Positions 24,251-36,529 of a stretch of DNA of 64,000 nucleotides are shown in pieces. Every line of letters starts with the position of its first letter. The stretch's first letter is position 1. The notes beneath the pieces are model-generated. The model searched no databases and was not told the origin of the DNA. It worked only from the letters and a program-made list of their open reading frames with translations. Source of the stretch: an uncultured Methanosarcinaceae archaeon (GTDB taxonomy: Archaea > Halobacteriota > Methanosarcinia > Methanosarcinales > Methanosarcinaceae); assembly GCA_963833425.1 (NCBI GenBank), contig CAWHXP010000007.1, forward strand, positions 1 to 64,000. Direction: 5' to 3'. The position numbers and the translations under genes were made by a program.

Positions 24251-25087
24251 ATGCTCACATTCATAGGGCTGGGCCTTTTTAGCGAGTATGATATTTCTTT
24301 AAAGGGACTAGATGCTGTCAGGAAAGCTGACATAGTTTATGTGGAGTTCTATACTTCTCGTCTCATGGGTACGAGCCTGGATAAAATGGAAAAGCTATAT
24401 GGAAAAAGTGTTTGTTTGCTCTCAAGAGAGAATGTAGAACTGCAGCCTGATTGGTTATTAGAGGCAAAAGAAATGAATATAGTTTTTTTGACTGGTGGAG
24501 ACACGATGATTTCTACAACCCATGTGGATCTGCGCCTGAGAGCAGAAAAATTAGGGATAGACACCAAGCTGATCCATGGAGCTTCCATTACTTCAGCTGT
24601 TTCAGGGCTCACAGGGTTACAAAACTATCGCTTTGGGAAATCCACAAGCATTCCCCACCCATATAACAGCAAGAGAGGCACAAGAATTATCTCAGAAACA
24701 CCTTATGATATTATAAAGCAAAATATAGAAATGGGCCTTCATACTTTAATTTTTTTGGATATTGATAAGGAAAACGGCTACATGACCCTGAACACAGCAC
24801 TCGAGCTGCTTTTGGAAATTGATAAAAGGAGAGGAGAAGGAATAATAAACCGAGCTGTTGCAATTGGGATAGCTAGAGCAGGCTCGGAAAAGCCAGTAAT
24901 AAAAGCTGATTATGCAAAAAAGTTAAAATATTTCAATTTTGGAAAACCCCTACATATACTCGTAATTCCAGGAAAGCTACACTTCTTTGAAGCTGAAGCA
25001 CTTGTGATGCTTGCTGGAGGACCGATGGAGCTTATGGAAAAGAGTGGAGTAAAAGAGAGTAAAGATACCAATCCGCTTCTCAGGTGA
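24251..25087 (+). CDS. dph5: Diphthine synthase
   Basis: FIGLGL, EFYTS, GDTMISTTH, GLQNYRFGKS and GLHTLIFLDI. Confidence 0.95.
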   Translation: MLTFIGLGLFSEYDISLKGLDAVRKADIVYVEFYTSRLMGTSLDKMEKLYGKSVCLLSRENVELQPDWLLEAKEMNIVFLTGGDTMISTTHVDLRLRAEKLGIDTKLIHGASITSAVSGLTGLQNYRFGKSTSIPHPYNSKRGTRIISETPYDIIKQNIEMGLHTLIFLDIDKENGYMTLNTALELLLEIDKRRGEGIINRAVAIGIARAGSEKPVIKADYAKKLKYFNFGKPLHILVIPGKLHFFEAEALVMLAGGPMELMEKSGVKESKDTNPLLR

Positions 25088-25092
25088 TCAAG

Positions 25093-25374
25093 ATGCCTGC
25101 CGATTTAAATGAAAAAGTCAAAAGATATAAAGATATGCTAAAAAAAGCACTACAAAAAGCAAAATATTTCCCTACCCCAAATTCCCATATGAATGAAATT
25201 GCAAAGGATTATTACACAATGGCTGAAGCCTATTATAAGGATGGAGTTTATTTTCTTAACAATGGAGATCCTGTAAATGCCCTAGCATCTTTCAGCTACG
25301 GTCATGCATGGCTTGATGCGGGAACGAAACTAGGTATTTTTGTAGTTGATGATGAAAACCTCTTCACTATATAA
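25093..25374 (+). CDS. DUF357 family protein
   Basis: MAEAYYKDG..GDPVNALASFSYGHAWLDAG; ATG follows a GGTGA SD. Confidence 0.85.
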   Translation: MPADLNEKVKRYKDMLKKALQKAKYFPTPNSHMNEIAKDYYTMAEAYYKDGVYFLNNGDPVNALASFSYGHAWLDAGTKLGIFVVDDENLFTI

Positions 25375-25636
25375 GAAAAAAGAACAAAGAAGCAAAAAAC
25401 GAGAATGTGGGAATCCACATCGAATGGAGAAATAGGTATCCCCTAGTGAAAAAATTGAAAAGTATAAACTAAAAAGTAAAAGCATAACTGAAAAACAATA
25501 TTAAAAGGACGTACATAACAATTACCAGAATAAGAAACAATTTATATAATTTAATCTATTCTTAGATTCTGCGAAAATTTTTCCCAATCAAAAAATATTC
25601 CTAAAAAGTATAATAGAATAATTACGGTGAATAATA

Positions 25637-26026
25637 ATGAAAAACTTTCATGTGGTACTTGAAGCAGCTTGGTTGGTTAGAGACGTAAAGACAACTGATG
25701 ATGCGATAGGGGTAGCGATTTCTGAAGCTGGGAAGCGCCTGAACCCCAAATTAGACTTTGTAGAGGTCGACGTAGGAACCACTTCGTGCCCTGCATGTTG
25801 TGAACCCTTCAGCAGTGTATTTATAGCAGCGAATACTGCTCTTGTGGGACTTATTTTTGAGATGAAAGTTTTTGATGCCGAATCTGCAGAACATGCAGAA
25901 AGGATTACAAAATCTGTGATAGGTAAATCTCTCCGCGATATTCCACTAACAGTTGTCGAGGTGACTGAATTCGAAAGATTAGGAGAGAAGGGAGAAAAAA
26001 AACAGAAAAATAAATCAGATAAATAA
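25637..26026 (+). CDS. DUF555 / UPF0212 family protein
   Basis: [32 protein letters not shown]. Confidence 0.85.
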   Translation: MKNFHVVLEAAWLVRDVKTTDDAIGVAISEAGKRLNPKLDFVEVDVGTTSCPACCEPFSSVFIAANTALVGLIFEMKVFDAESAEHAERITKSVIGKSLRDIPLTVVEVTEFERLGEKGEKKQKNKSDK

Positions 26027-26126
26027 ACAATTTTTTTTGAAAACCTGGCAAAAACATTTTTCTAGAAAAATTGTCAAGAATAACAGAAATAAAATAGGCA
26101 TAATGGTGAAGCTTTTCAGTTACAAA

Positions 26127-26216
26127 GAGGACTTTGATAAAATTTCGACTTTTCACGGATATTAAAGATACAAGTTATATTTATATGAAAAATTTTAGTG
26201 ATTTATCCAAATTCTT
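26127..26216. mobile_element. MITE-like element, copy 2 (reverse orientation)
   Basis: GAGGACTTTGATAAAATTTCGACTTTTCACG...GATTTATCCAAATTCTT; its reverse complement aligns with copy 1. Confidence 0.65.
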
Positions 26217-26399
26217 ATAAATTAGTCCAGAGAAGTTCAAACAAACTCATGGGAAAAAGAAAGCGTATTTCATAGATAGAACCCGACAAAAAAGAATGTT
26301 CATCATTTCCTGCATATTTATTCATCTTTTAAGGGTATATAATCCCAAAAATCCTTGGACTCATCTGAACCCCATGGAATAACAAGGCACTAAACAGGC

Positions 26400-27300
26400 A
26401 GAGAAATCTCCATAGTGGAACATTATGCTAGGGATCACAACGTTGAAGTTGAGAGAATAGCAGAAAAATGAATATTCCCCACGATTGATTATCAGGAGTA
26501 AAAAGGCAGGGTGCTGCCAACATTGTGAATGCCATTGTAAGGCTTGGGAAGAAGAGCCAGTTAATTTCCCTTGTCTATACAGATTGTATAAATTTAGGGT
26601 ATAATAAAACTCTTATAGATGCTTGCGTTGACCTTTCACACCTCTACAAAATTGGAGACAAATAAATTTCCAAAGCTTTTATATTCACAAATAAGGAAGT
26701 TAACCAGACAACATATTTTCACCAGAGCCTCCTCAAACTTTGAAGAATTTGAACCTAATATATTTGCTTTGTCTATTTAACTATCAATTATCCAATATCT
26801 AATGCAACTATCGCGCAAATAACCAAGTTTATAGCCTTTGTCCGAGCCAAGACCTAGCACATATTCAAAGAGGAACCAGAACTCATCCTTTATCAGACTG
26901 ATATTCTTTTCCAAACTGGCATTATAAACAAGGCGGATTTCTAGAATTGCCAGGAAAAGCTTCAATAAACTCAAGAACATGATTGCAAATATCATAGTCA
27001 CATAAGATGCTGAAGGCAGCAAAATCTATACCGATAAAGAAGAATCACAATTCCTGCGATTTTTATTAGAAATGGTGACACCACTAGAGCAGGTGATACT
27101 TACAGGGCAGGTTTCGCACTGGTCCTCACGCGATAATACTCTCTTTCAACATGCAGAAAATGTACCCACTGTAGCTCCTTTTTCAGTACAGAAACAGGGC
27201 TGCCAGACCAACATTCCAAAATGAGAAGAAATAAAATCTCTTCAAAAAGCCAATTTTGGAAATCTGGAAAAATATATTGAGGTAGGAAATACCGAAGACT
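26400..27300 (+). pseudogene. PfkB-family carbohydrate/nucleoside kinase pseudogene
   Basis: Broken frames give GAANIVNAIVRLGKKSQLIS, IIVT*DAEGSKIY and DTT.AGDTYRAGF (PfkB signature), with many stops and frameshifts. Confidence 0.75.
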
Positions 27301-27396
27301 AAAGGCTAAAAAATCAAAAAATATATCAAATATTACATAATGAACCACGATCATAGCCCTAAGATACGGAAAAAGTGGTTATACATAGGGATGTAG

Positions 27397-28069
27397 ATGA
27401 AACTCGCAGCGCTAATTTCAGGTGGCAAGGACTCTATTTTTGCCATACACAAAGCCTTTGAAGAAGGTCATGAGGTCACTCACCTCATTAACATTATTCC
27501 AGCAAGGAGAGATTCCTACATGTTTCATTCCATCAACCTTCACATGGTAGAATTAATATCAACCGCCTGTGAAATCCCGTTGATCCAGCAACAGTCAAGT
27601 GGGATTAAGGAACTTGAACTAGATGACCTTACCCTTGCCCTAAAAAAAGTGGCTGTAGAAGGGATATTAGTAGGAGCTATTGAATCTCAGTATCAGGCCG
27701 GCAGAATTCAGAAAATTTGTGATTCCATGGATCTTAAAGTCTACGCTCCACTATGGCACAGGGATCCTGAGGAGTTGCTCAACGAGATGTCAAAAGTTCT
27801 TGACATCCGGATTGTCCATGTTGCAGCTGAAGGCCTTGATAAATCCTGCCTTGGCCGTCCTATCAATGTAAATTCCATTGAACATCTTAAAGCTCTTAAT
27901 CGCAGGCATATGATCCACATGGCCGGAGAAGGGGGGGGAATATGAAACTCTTGTCCTTGATGCTCCTTTCTATAAGAGACACATCGAAATTGTAAAAAGT
28001 GAAGTTGAATGGGAAGGAGATAGGGGATCTTTAAATATTCTGGAAGCAAAACTCGTCGATAAAAACTGA
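27397..28069 (+). CDS. dph6: Diphthine--ammonia ligase, with a one-base frameshift in a G8 run at 27931-27938
   Basis: SGGKDS PP-loop, SYMFHS and PLWH. Removing one G restores GEGGEYETLVLDAPFY to a stop at 28067-28069. Confidence 0.88.
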
Positions 28070-28123
28070 TTTCCGAAGCAGATTATCTAGAAAAAAAGTT
28101 TTAACGCCATTTCATGAAGTTTC

Positions 28124-28211
28124 AAGGACTTCGATAAGCTCCTAAATTTAGTCGTATACTTACAAATTGTATATAATTGATTCGTGAAAATTAAAGATTT
28201 ATCGATATGTC
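28124..28211. mobile_element. MITE-like element, copy 3
   Basis: AAGGACTTCGATAAGCTCCTAAATTTAGTC...GTGAAAATTAAAGATTTATCGATATGTC; colinear with copy 1. Confidence 0.65.
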
Positions 28212-29431
28212 TACAATGATATTGTAGTCCTTTAAATATTAGATTCTTGTGTTTTACTTTCTGGTAATGTCCACGAATTATTGAAAATCTAAATAATAAG
28301 ATTCTCTATAAATTTTTCTAAGAAGCTTAAGTAATTCCTTTCTAAGATTTGATCATAATTCAAAGAAACAACCCGAAATTAAACCTGAGTAAAAAAAATA
28401 AGTAGTTAAGGACTAGTTTTACTCCGTCATTTAGTTGATTTTGTTCCCAAAATTTATGTAATTATATTTTTTTATTATATACCATTAAATAGCTACTATT
28501 TTCATCCTAGAATATAATTTGTCACAAAACACTCGTATTCTAAGCTTGTATCCATACTTAGAGACCAAAACTACATAGCACAGAAAATTAAGTGCAGAGG
28601 CAGTTATGTGACTTTTGTGGATAAACATTAACCCATTAATTTGCAGCCACCTATTTTTGTTCCGCACTTCATTCATATTAGTTAGAGCAGATCAATTCAC
28701 TGAATGAAAACACAAACTTTCTTCAAACCGGGAACTCAATTATGGAGACCTCAACTACTTAATGAAGGCAAAAAAAATAATGTTGTGGACTTAGTCAGCA
28801 ATTAAACCTGAAAAATGAATATTCTTCCCATTTTAGGGCAAAACTCGATAAACACTTTTGTTTGCAATTTTCAATAACTCACCGACAAGATTCAGAAATT
28901 AAAAATAATAAACCTTTTCTGGCGTTGACTCATTAATCACATCTGAAAACCTGGTATGCATCTGATTTATGAGAAAATGTAAAAGGGGTTTAAATTTACG
29001 ATTTTCAACAACTCATAGACAAAACATAGTTTCCTGTTCAGAAAATTATATTTGAATATCTCATCCAAAAGAAGCATGAAGTGGAAAAAATGTGCGTTAA
29101 ATAACAGCATGTCTTTTTTCAGATGAATGAATTCCATATTTATAGTAAAGCATCTGAAAACATCCTTTTCTGCTGTAAACCTACTAACACTTTGCGCAGT
29201 AGTCCGCCAAAACTCTCAATAATTCAAATGCACATCTCTTCAACACTTTTACTAATCTACCAACTTGACCAGATCGATTCATTTAGACTCTTAAAAAATA
29301 TCCCGGGAAATGTGGAATGATCTACGTTATACGCGACGAGGTCTTAGTAAAAAGCGTTCCAAATTTTTAAAAATAGGATCTCAGACAAAGCCCATTTGAT
29401 AGCGAAGAATCGCTTATTCCTTAAGCCTTTA

Positions 29432-29824
29432 CTAGCTATCAATTAAATCTAGAATTCTCATGGCAAGGTATGCACCATTTGCTCCGTTATCGATTCCAAC
29501 ACTTCCGACAGGTACACCTTTAGGCATTTGGGCTATGGAAAGAAGAGCATCGAGCCCGCCAAGTTTTGCACTCACTGGAACTCCAACTACAGGTTTTTTA
29601 GTCTTGGAAGCTACGAATCCAGGGAGAGCTGCCGACAAACCTGCAATTGTGATAAAGACCTTTGCATCGGTGCTTGAAACGTAACTATCAAGTTCTGCCG
29701 GATTCCTGTGGGCGGAAATAACCATCACTTCATAAGTATACTTGCTATTTTCAAGCACAGATGTCGCACGATTCGCGATTGACCTGTCGGATTCAGAACC
29801 CATAATCACTGAGATATCGACCAT
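29432..29824 (-). CDS. purE: AIR carboxylase / N5-CAIR mutase
   Basis: [21 protein letters not shown] and QMPKGVPV. Confidence 0.95.
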   Translation of the reverse strand: MVDISVIMGSESDRSIANRATSVLENSKYTYEVMVISAHRNPAELDSYVSSTDAKVFITIAGLSAALPGFVASKTKKPVVGVPVSAKLGGLDALLSIAQMPKGVPVGSVGIDNGANGAYLAMRILDLIDS

Positions 29825-29842
29825 TTTAGCTCCTCTTAGCAG

Positions 29843-30130
29843 TCAAGGCAGGTTTCCTTTGCCACTCAACTCATTCTGACGTTCGATACTCATTCTTATT
29901 AGGATCTCAAAAATAGCCTTCACAGACCCCAGATCAAGGTTGAGCTCTGTTGCTATATTTAAGGCCCTGCTGATTACAATCTCATTTTGCTTGTGGTCAT
30001 TTATTGAAGTTCCATTTATTCTTTTTGAGTCAAGCACCTTTTCAGCCAGATTGATTCTTCTATCAATAAGGGTAAGGATTTCTAGATCAATTTCTTCGAT
30101 TTCTTTACGGACAGCTTCAAGTTCAGTCAA
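29843..30130 (-). CDS. Chorismate mutase (AroQ type)
   Basis: LEAVRKEIEEIDLEILTLIDRR; probable TTG start after a GGAGTGA SD; lies between aroK and purE. Confidence 0.85.
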   Translation of the reverse strand: MTELEAVRKEIEEIDLEILTLIDRRINLAEKVLDSKRINGTSINDHKQNEIVISRALNIATELNLDLGSVKAIFEILIRMSIERQNELSGKGNLP

Positions 30131-30144
30131 GATAGTCACTCCCT

Positions 30145-31008
30145 TCATAAAGATATTGCTGACTTGTTATTTATAGTGGTTTCTATTATCCTGCCTTCCG
30201 TTCCACAACTTTCCCAGGCAGATTTCAGCTCTTTTGCCTGCTCATTCTTCACAAGTGCTACGTATGAAGGACCAGTTCCAGATAGGCTCACTCCTTTTAC
30301 ACCACATTCGAGAGCTTTTAACATGTATTCCGTGTCAAAGCTAAGGGCCCCACAGTAGAGAAAACCATTAAGTGTCATGGCTTGTTCATAGTCACCTTTC
30401 AAGGCAAGATCGTATGCAATTTCTACATACTGAGCGATCAACCGGGAACGTTTGACATCAGTATCTGCACTAAAAGCCTTCCTGTCAGGAGCAAATATAA
30501 AAACCTTAGATTCAATTTCCTCGCGTCTGATTAGCTCCATTTTACGATTATCAGTAACCACGATTCCTCCAAGGAAAGAAGCACAAGCATCGTCAAAGGC
30601 TCCTGTTACGGTAACTCCTGCGCTTCTTGCAGCTCTTACCCCAAGTTTCACGGTCTCTAGGGGGGTTAGAGTCTTGCCAATGGCACGTAGAGTTGCAAGG
30701 ATGGAAGCATTTGCTGCAGCGCTACTGCTCTTGAGACCGCCTGCAAGAGGGACTTCACTACTTGTCCTTACCGTCCCACCTAACTCAAGCCCAAACTTTT
30801 CTAGAACCATCTCAACGCAGAGCTCTATGAGACGAGCATCACCCTCAGGTATCTCTTCAATTGACCCTAAAATTCCGATTTCATTTTCAGAGAGTTTAAC
30901 CTCTGCAAATGTTTTCAAATCTATCCCAAATGCTGCACCTTTCCAGGTAGCTATGGCGTTTATTATAGTTCCTGCTCCGAATGCACATGCATGCCCTTTG
31001 AGTGTCAT
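30145..31008 (-). CDS. aroK: Archaeal shikimate kinase (GHMP family)
   Basis: GAGTIINAIATWKG, PLAGGLKSSSAA, TGAFDDA and LSGTGPS. Confidence 0.94.
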   Translation of the reverse strand: MTLKGHACAFGAGTIINAIATWKGAAFGIDLKTFAEVKLSENEIGILGSIEEIPEGDARLIELCVEMVLEKFGLELGGTVRTSSEVPLAGGLKSSSAAANASILATLRAIGKTLTPLETVKLGVRAARSAGVTVTGAFDDACASFLGGIVVTDNRKMELIRREEIESKVFIFAPDRKAFSADTDVKRSRLIAQYVEIAYDLALKGDYEQAMTLNGFLYCGALSFDTEYMLKALECGVKGVSLSGTGPSYVALVKNEQAKELKSAWESCGTEGRIIETTINNKSAISL

Positions 31009-31249
31009 CAAATCCAAAATGCACTGCTCTTTAATATTTTTTGCGACTCTTTCTCAGAGTATATATAATAGACACCATTAATAATGAGACCTTTATATTT
31101 AAATACCTAAATTTCCAAAATTTCATCAATATGTGACTTAAATACTCAAGAGTTTTGAATGATTATTGGCTTTAATATTTTTAGAAGGTTTTAAACAATA
31201 TTTTATACGTTTGACCATATATTGGATAGCTAGATTAAAAATTCAAGTT

Positions 31250-31760
31250 GTTTTGGCACTAGCAGACCTTACCACAAGCAACAATATATTAGCTTCACTA
31301 CTTTGGATATCAAATAATTATTCAAAATCAAATATTTTCATTCGCTCTTGAATTCGTTTTTTGCCTAGTTCCATTGATTTTCAACACAGTTTTTAGTTGC
31401 ATTGAAATTTGTACAGTCATCGACACTTCCAAAGTAATGTCCGTCAATCTACAAATCACTACTTTATAACTATCTTTTAATATTATAGTACTTATTTTAA
31501 AGGTTTTTCTTGCCTTGACACTATTCATAAACTGCATCAATTTGATGGATAATATTTTGTTCGACGTCAACAGAAAATGCATACAATTAACATCAGTACC
31601 AATTACATAAAAATCTAAACAGTAACTTTTGCCCATTTCAAAGTAGATATATTTTGAATAGTTGATGATTTCATTGCTTAAAAAATATTTCAATACCTCA
31701 TACAAAAAAACATGAGATATCTTATTTTATAGCACAATAGTTTATACGAATTAGCTCCTT
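31250..31760 (-). pseudogene. tnpA: Degraded IS200/IS605 transposase
   Basis: FLSNEIINY..FEMGKSYCLDF.VIGTDVNCMHF..MQFMNSVKARKTFK; homologous to the 3930-4490 relic. Confidence 0.7.
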
Positions 31761-32322
31761 TTATAGCGTAAATGTACTTGAAAAATATAAACAATTAAGT
31801 CAATAATGATTTTTCGGTGAAGTTTCCATCCAAACAAATTGTTGTGGGTATTCAATTTCAAGAACGACATGCATTCAGGATCCGCAGGAGAAGCCAAAAG
31901 CAAAGTCTTAATCTTGCAAAATAAGGGGTATTTGCTGAAAGCAGACTCAAAAAATTGATGAGAAACCTGCAGGCGGCCTGAAGCATATCCCATGCATTAA
32001 ATTAATGGATGCATGCAATTTTACCTCAGCCTTGATCATGAGTCACTGAACAATCCGAAAAAAGAGTAAGTACGTACAAATATTTTTGCCAAACCAAGAT
32101 TTGCGTCAATAAGACATTCCTGATCAGTATCACAATATTCCTTTAAGATCGGCCGAAATCAGCTATATTGGAAGTCTGCTCTACATTCTTCTTTTGAGCG
32201 ATGATCCAGCTGATCTCTCTAGTATGAGCTTCATAACATAATGTGAATTAAACCTAAGAGATTAATGTGAAATCTTTTTCATTATATGCTCTAGCTGTCT
32301 ATAGCATAGTGTTATACCAAAT

Positions 32323-34230
32323 TTAAAAGAACTTTGGCCTTGCAGAAAGATACTTTGCAAGTGGCAATTTCCTATAAGGTTTACCAGTTATTTCTTCTCT
32401 AACCCGCTCATTGAGTTTTTCAGGAGTTATTTGCACTTTTTTTAGCTTATCATGATCGTAATTGGCTCTAATGGTAACGCTAATAGTACCATCCTCAATT
32501 TCTTTGTCGCCAAGTACCACTAAATAAGGTATCCATTCCCTACTGGCCTCCCTTACCTTCTTCCCGATGGACATGTCGCGGTCATCAATATCCACCCTAC
32601 AGTCAAGCCTTTTTGAAACCTCTTCAGCAAAAGACAGGTGCTTTTCCGAAATCGGCACTATTCGAACTTGGGTTGGAGAAAGCCAAATTGGGAGCAGGGG
32701 AACTTTTCCATCATCAACTTCCATTGCAGCCTTTTCGAGAAGAGCATAAATACAGCGCTCAATTGCCCCGCTTGGCGAGCAATGAAGAACCGTCGGATTT
32801 ATAGATTTCCCTTCAGCATTTACATAAGAAATATCATACCTTTCAGCGTTTTCCACATCTATTTGAACAGTAGAAAGGGCACTTGCCTTTGCCAAAGCAT
32901 CTACAAAATTAAACTCAAACTTAAGTACGAAATAGAAGAATCTGGTATCCCACATTTCAACAAGCACGGGTTTGTCAACGGTTTTTGCCATGCTGACTAC
33001 AAGCTCTTTATTCAACTCGTAAAAGTCCCTGGTAAAACGGATGGCAACCTCATAATCATCAACGTAAATCCCCATATTTGCAAGTACACTGATGCATAAA
33101 TCATATTGCTTTTTAAACTGATCCACTGCCTGAGTCATATCCTCACAAAGAGTGTGCATATCAGGCATGGTAAAAGCCCGAAGTCTTCTCAAACCCACGA
33201 GTTCTCCTCGCTGTTCCTTCCTAAAACTATAGCGGGTCATTTCTATCATTTTCAGAGGCAAATTCTTATAAGAAATAGTCATGTCATGGTTCATCAAGAA
33301 TTGCCCAAAACAGGCTGCAAAACGTAGGAACATCTGTCGCTTATCAGATTCGATCGAATACTGCCTTGCTGGGAATCTATCTAGATATCTCTTCAGAGTA
33401 GGATGGTTCGCATCGTACATAAGGGGAGTTTCAACTTCCATTGCCCCGAATTCAGTTGTTACATCAAGCACGTAATTTTCAAGAAGGGACTTTACAAGCC
33501 TCCCTTTTGGGTAGTAGCGCATGTTTCCGGAATCTGACCCTGGCTCATAATCTGCAAGTTCAAGCCTTCGCATAAGCTCTACATGTGGAGGAGCCCCCTC
33601 AACAACTCTGCTCTTGGAAATTTCATAGTTTACGAACTGCTGAAGCTTAGTGTAAGGAGTCAAGTCAAAATTCTCAATTTCATGAAGTTCGCCATCAGGA
33701 GTCAGAATGCACCAGTGAGATCTAGCAGTACTTTCAGCTTTCAGCGCCTCGGACACAAATTCGTCTTTTTCTCCGGCCGCATCTGCTTTACTTACTGCCA
33801 CTGCCACTCCTACAGGGCGAATGCTTCTGGAAAGTTCGGAAAGGGGATGCCCTTTACAGCTTATTGTAAAGGCTTTATACCACCCAAAAGGAGCACGTTT
33901 TACATCATATTTACCTAAGAGAGCCGTCTCTATTCCTTTTAATACCTGCACTGCGATTTTCGGGGAGGAAAGATCAGAACTTAAGTGCGCATAAGGATAG
34001 AGCATTATACGATTGGTTTTGACCTGGGCCGCAACCTTTTCGATTTCAAAAACAGCTTTATCTATAGATTCCTTAGGATTTACTTCATCTATGCTTTCCA
34101 CAGCTGTAAAAGCCGTAAGTGCCTCTTCAAGCCTGCAAGACTTTAAGGACTCCTCAATTTTTTCAGCAACTGTAGTTTGTTTTTTGATTTCGTATTCTAT
34201 GTAATTAGAATGAATTAGCAATAACTGCAT
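32323..34230 (-). CDS. thrS: Threonine--tRNA ligase (archaeal type)
   Basis: Archaeal editing domain ([17 protein letters not shown]), [17 protein letters not shown] and [10 protein letters not shown]. Confidence 0.97.
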   Translation of the reverse strand: MQLLLIHSNYIEYEIKKQTTVAEKIEESLKSCRLEEALTAFTAVESIDEVNPKESIDKAVFEIEKVAAQVKTNRIMLYPYAHLSSDLSSPKIAVQVLKGIETALLGKYDVKRAPFGWYKAFTISCKGHPLSELSRSIRPVGVAVAVSKADAAGEKDEFVSEALKAESTARSHWCILTPDGELHEIENFDLTPYTKLQQFVNYEISKSRVVEGAPPHVELMRRLELADYEPGSDSGNMRYYPKGRLVKSLLENYVLDVTTEFGAMEVETPLMYDANHPTLKRYLDRFPARQYSIESDKRQMFLRFAACFGQFLMNHDMTISYKNLPLKMIEMTRYSFRKEQRGELVGLRRLRAFTMPDMHTLCEDMTQAVDQFKKQYDLCISVLANMGIYVDDYEVAIRFTRDFYELNKELVVSMAKTVDKPVLVEMWDTRFFYFVLKFEFNFVDALAKASALSTVQIDVENAERYDISYVNAEGKSINPTVLHCSPSGAIERCIYALLEKAAMEVDDGKVPLLPIWLSPTQVRIVPISEKHLSFAEEVSKRLDCRVDIDDRDMSIGKKVREASREWIPYLVVLGDKEIEDGTISVTIRANYDHDKLKKVQITPEKLNERVREEITGKPYRKLPLAKYLSARPKFF

Positions 34231-34816
34231 TCTATCACCGTGTTCTATGAAAAGCTGGAATATGCTCCCGAATTAACTTCGATTCAGAATCAAATAAATT
34301 GAATTATTTTATAATCGTCTGATATCTGCATTTGTCATTAGATCTTGATTAAATGAATACAAAGAATATACGAGGATTCTAATATCCTGCAACGATATAA
34401 AGTAATCCCTTAACTGATATCTCTTATTTTATCCTCAGAGCTTTTCTAAATTTTAAGAACGATTCGGTCACTTTTTGATTTCTAGGAATTTATGCTCTGA
34501 TTCATCCTTACGAGAGCATGTCAGATTCTTGAATAGCAAAATCTAAGCATATATTAAAATTATATTAATCACGATTTTATCAGAATGGAAAATAGATTTA
34601 TAAATTATCTGAATTTTCTTACTGTTCTTAAACTTGGAGGAGAAGCATAAAAAAGAATATCAAAAACGTTTTTTGCTTCATTCTCAAATCTTTTTTGGGT
34701 ATTGAAAAATTGAGTTCCTGATGATGTTTATTTGTGGTTTTGTTTTGTTGTAGCATCCGTGTGATTATTTTTTCGAATTTTTCTATTTATGATTGTGCTT
34801 TAATTCAATTAATTAC

Positions 34817-34885
34817 AAGTGTTCCAAATGTTCTAAGTGATCCATGAGCTCCATAAGCTCTATGAGTTTCATAAGTTCCATGAGT
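34817..34885. repeat. Degenerate 9-bp minisatellite
   Basis: TCCATGAGC TCCATAAGC TCTATGAGT TTCATAAGT TCCATGAGT, preceded by AAGTGTTCC-type 9-mers. Confidence 0.6.
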
Positions 34886-35178
34886 CGTAGATAAGCAATT
34901 TCTTCTTATTTTGGATGGACCTTAAGAAATTAAGAGATTTTATCACAAAAACTTTATACAAATGTAACTCTAAAAACAGAAGCTTTTTCAATAAAAAATT
35001 GGCTCGGTAATATTTGTTTGTGATGAAGTAAAGTGATATATAGTCAATTAGATTCACGTATGTTTAACTACATTGTCATGAAAGCAGATTGGCTTTGTAA
35101 ACATTAGAAAGATATCTGAACAACATATTCTTATGCATCCTTGTGATAAAACAGCTTCAATATATGGAGAAAAACTTA

Positions 35179-35730
35179 ATGTCTTTAAGATTTAATTTCT
35201 TTATAGCGCTTGGAATTGCAATGTATGCTTTTGCAGTATCCATGTCTAGAAGTACCACAATAAAACCTTTCAGTGTTAATGGCGCTCTAAAATTTGCTAT
35301 TTTTTTGGAGGATTTTCAGGCTTTGATGCCTGTATTTGGCTGGCTTGGCGGGTACACAATATAAAACTATTTTCTACTTATGGTCAATAGATTGCATCTG
35401 ATATTCTTGTTTTTATTGGAATTAAGACGATATCTGAAGCTTTTTACAAAAAACCGGACGGAAAAAAGGGTTCTCTTAATTATTCGATACTTCTTATGCT
35501 TGCAGTTGCAACAAGTATAGATGCTTTTTTTTGTAAGAAGAAGTTTTATATTTCTCAATGTGCCTATTATTTGAATCTGCACTCATTATAGGTTGTGTGA
35601 CGTTTGTTATGGTTTTTGTGGAGCGATTATAGGATATAGATTAGGGCACTTCTTTGGGAATGAAATAGAAATTCTAGCTGGCCTGATCCTGATAGGACTT
35701 GGAATCTATTCATTTGTATTTACTAATTGA
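35179..35730 (+). pseudogene. mntP: Manganese efflux pump MntP pseudogene
   Basis: IALGIAMYAFAVS..FQALMPVFGWLGG, then frameshifted ATSIDAF and EILAGLILIGLGI. Confidence 0.75.
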
Positions 35731-35879
35731 TTCGAGCAATAACCATGTGAATACAGAGAGCAGATTTCACGGTTACTGTCAACAAATCTAAATTTTCAAA
35801 TGGAAAAAATATAATAATAAACCTGAAAATTAGATGAACATTAATAAAATCAACGAAGAAAACGATAATAATCCTAAAA

Positions 35880-36390
35880 AAACCGTAGAAACGCTCGAAA
35901 CCCTGCCCCAAAGGCCAGCAGTCATAAGGTCCGGCTGCCTACGTCATTTCTGCAGCCGTCGTATGCCATTTGCCGATAGCATAGGGGTTGTAACCATGCT
36001 GCAGAAGTATCTCCAACAAAAAAAACCGTTTTCAAAATGTATATTGCCATTATACCCTGGAAAACCCGTTGATCCTCCAATGACACTTGCCATTTTATTC
36101 GAATGACGGTTTCGGCCGGCAATTATGCACGACTGTAGGGGGCACAGGGCAATCGTATGCATATTGGCATAGGCAAGACCTCCAGCAGCCAAGCTAACAA
36201 ATGTTTGGTGTATTGATAGGGCTACCATACACCTTTTTGTCCAAATCCCATTTTGTCAAATACGATGAACAGTACATCGGGAGCGCCCTCTTTAGCACCC
36301 AGTGGTTCCGGCCAAGCTGGTCCAGACTGATCTATTGTACGCCCGATTATGCCTGGAAAAGTGGTTCCTGATTTATATTTTTTAATGACA
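35880..36390 (-). pseudogene. Arylsulfatase, N-terminal fragment
   Basis: FPGIIGRTIDQSGPAWPEP..GAPDVLFIV, GLAYANMHT, GFPGYNG, AIGKWH and GFERFYGF in shifted frames; truncated. Confidence 0.75.
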
Positions 36391-36529
36391 ATTTGTTTCC
36401 TCGATTGTTAGTTGATACTGTTTGAAAGCTCCGGAAAACGAGGCAAATAGAAAAGGAATTCGTCTACTTTCACCCGACTTTTTTGGTAAAATTCATAATT
36501 TTCTTGCCTGATTATCAATTCTGAAAAAG

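Noticed and set aside
28350..29345. Possible transposase relic ending in GTTATACGCGACGAG
   Set aside because: No catalytic motif or matching second end could be confirmed.
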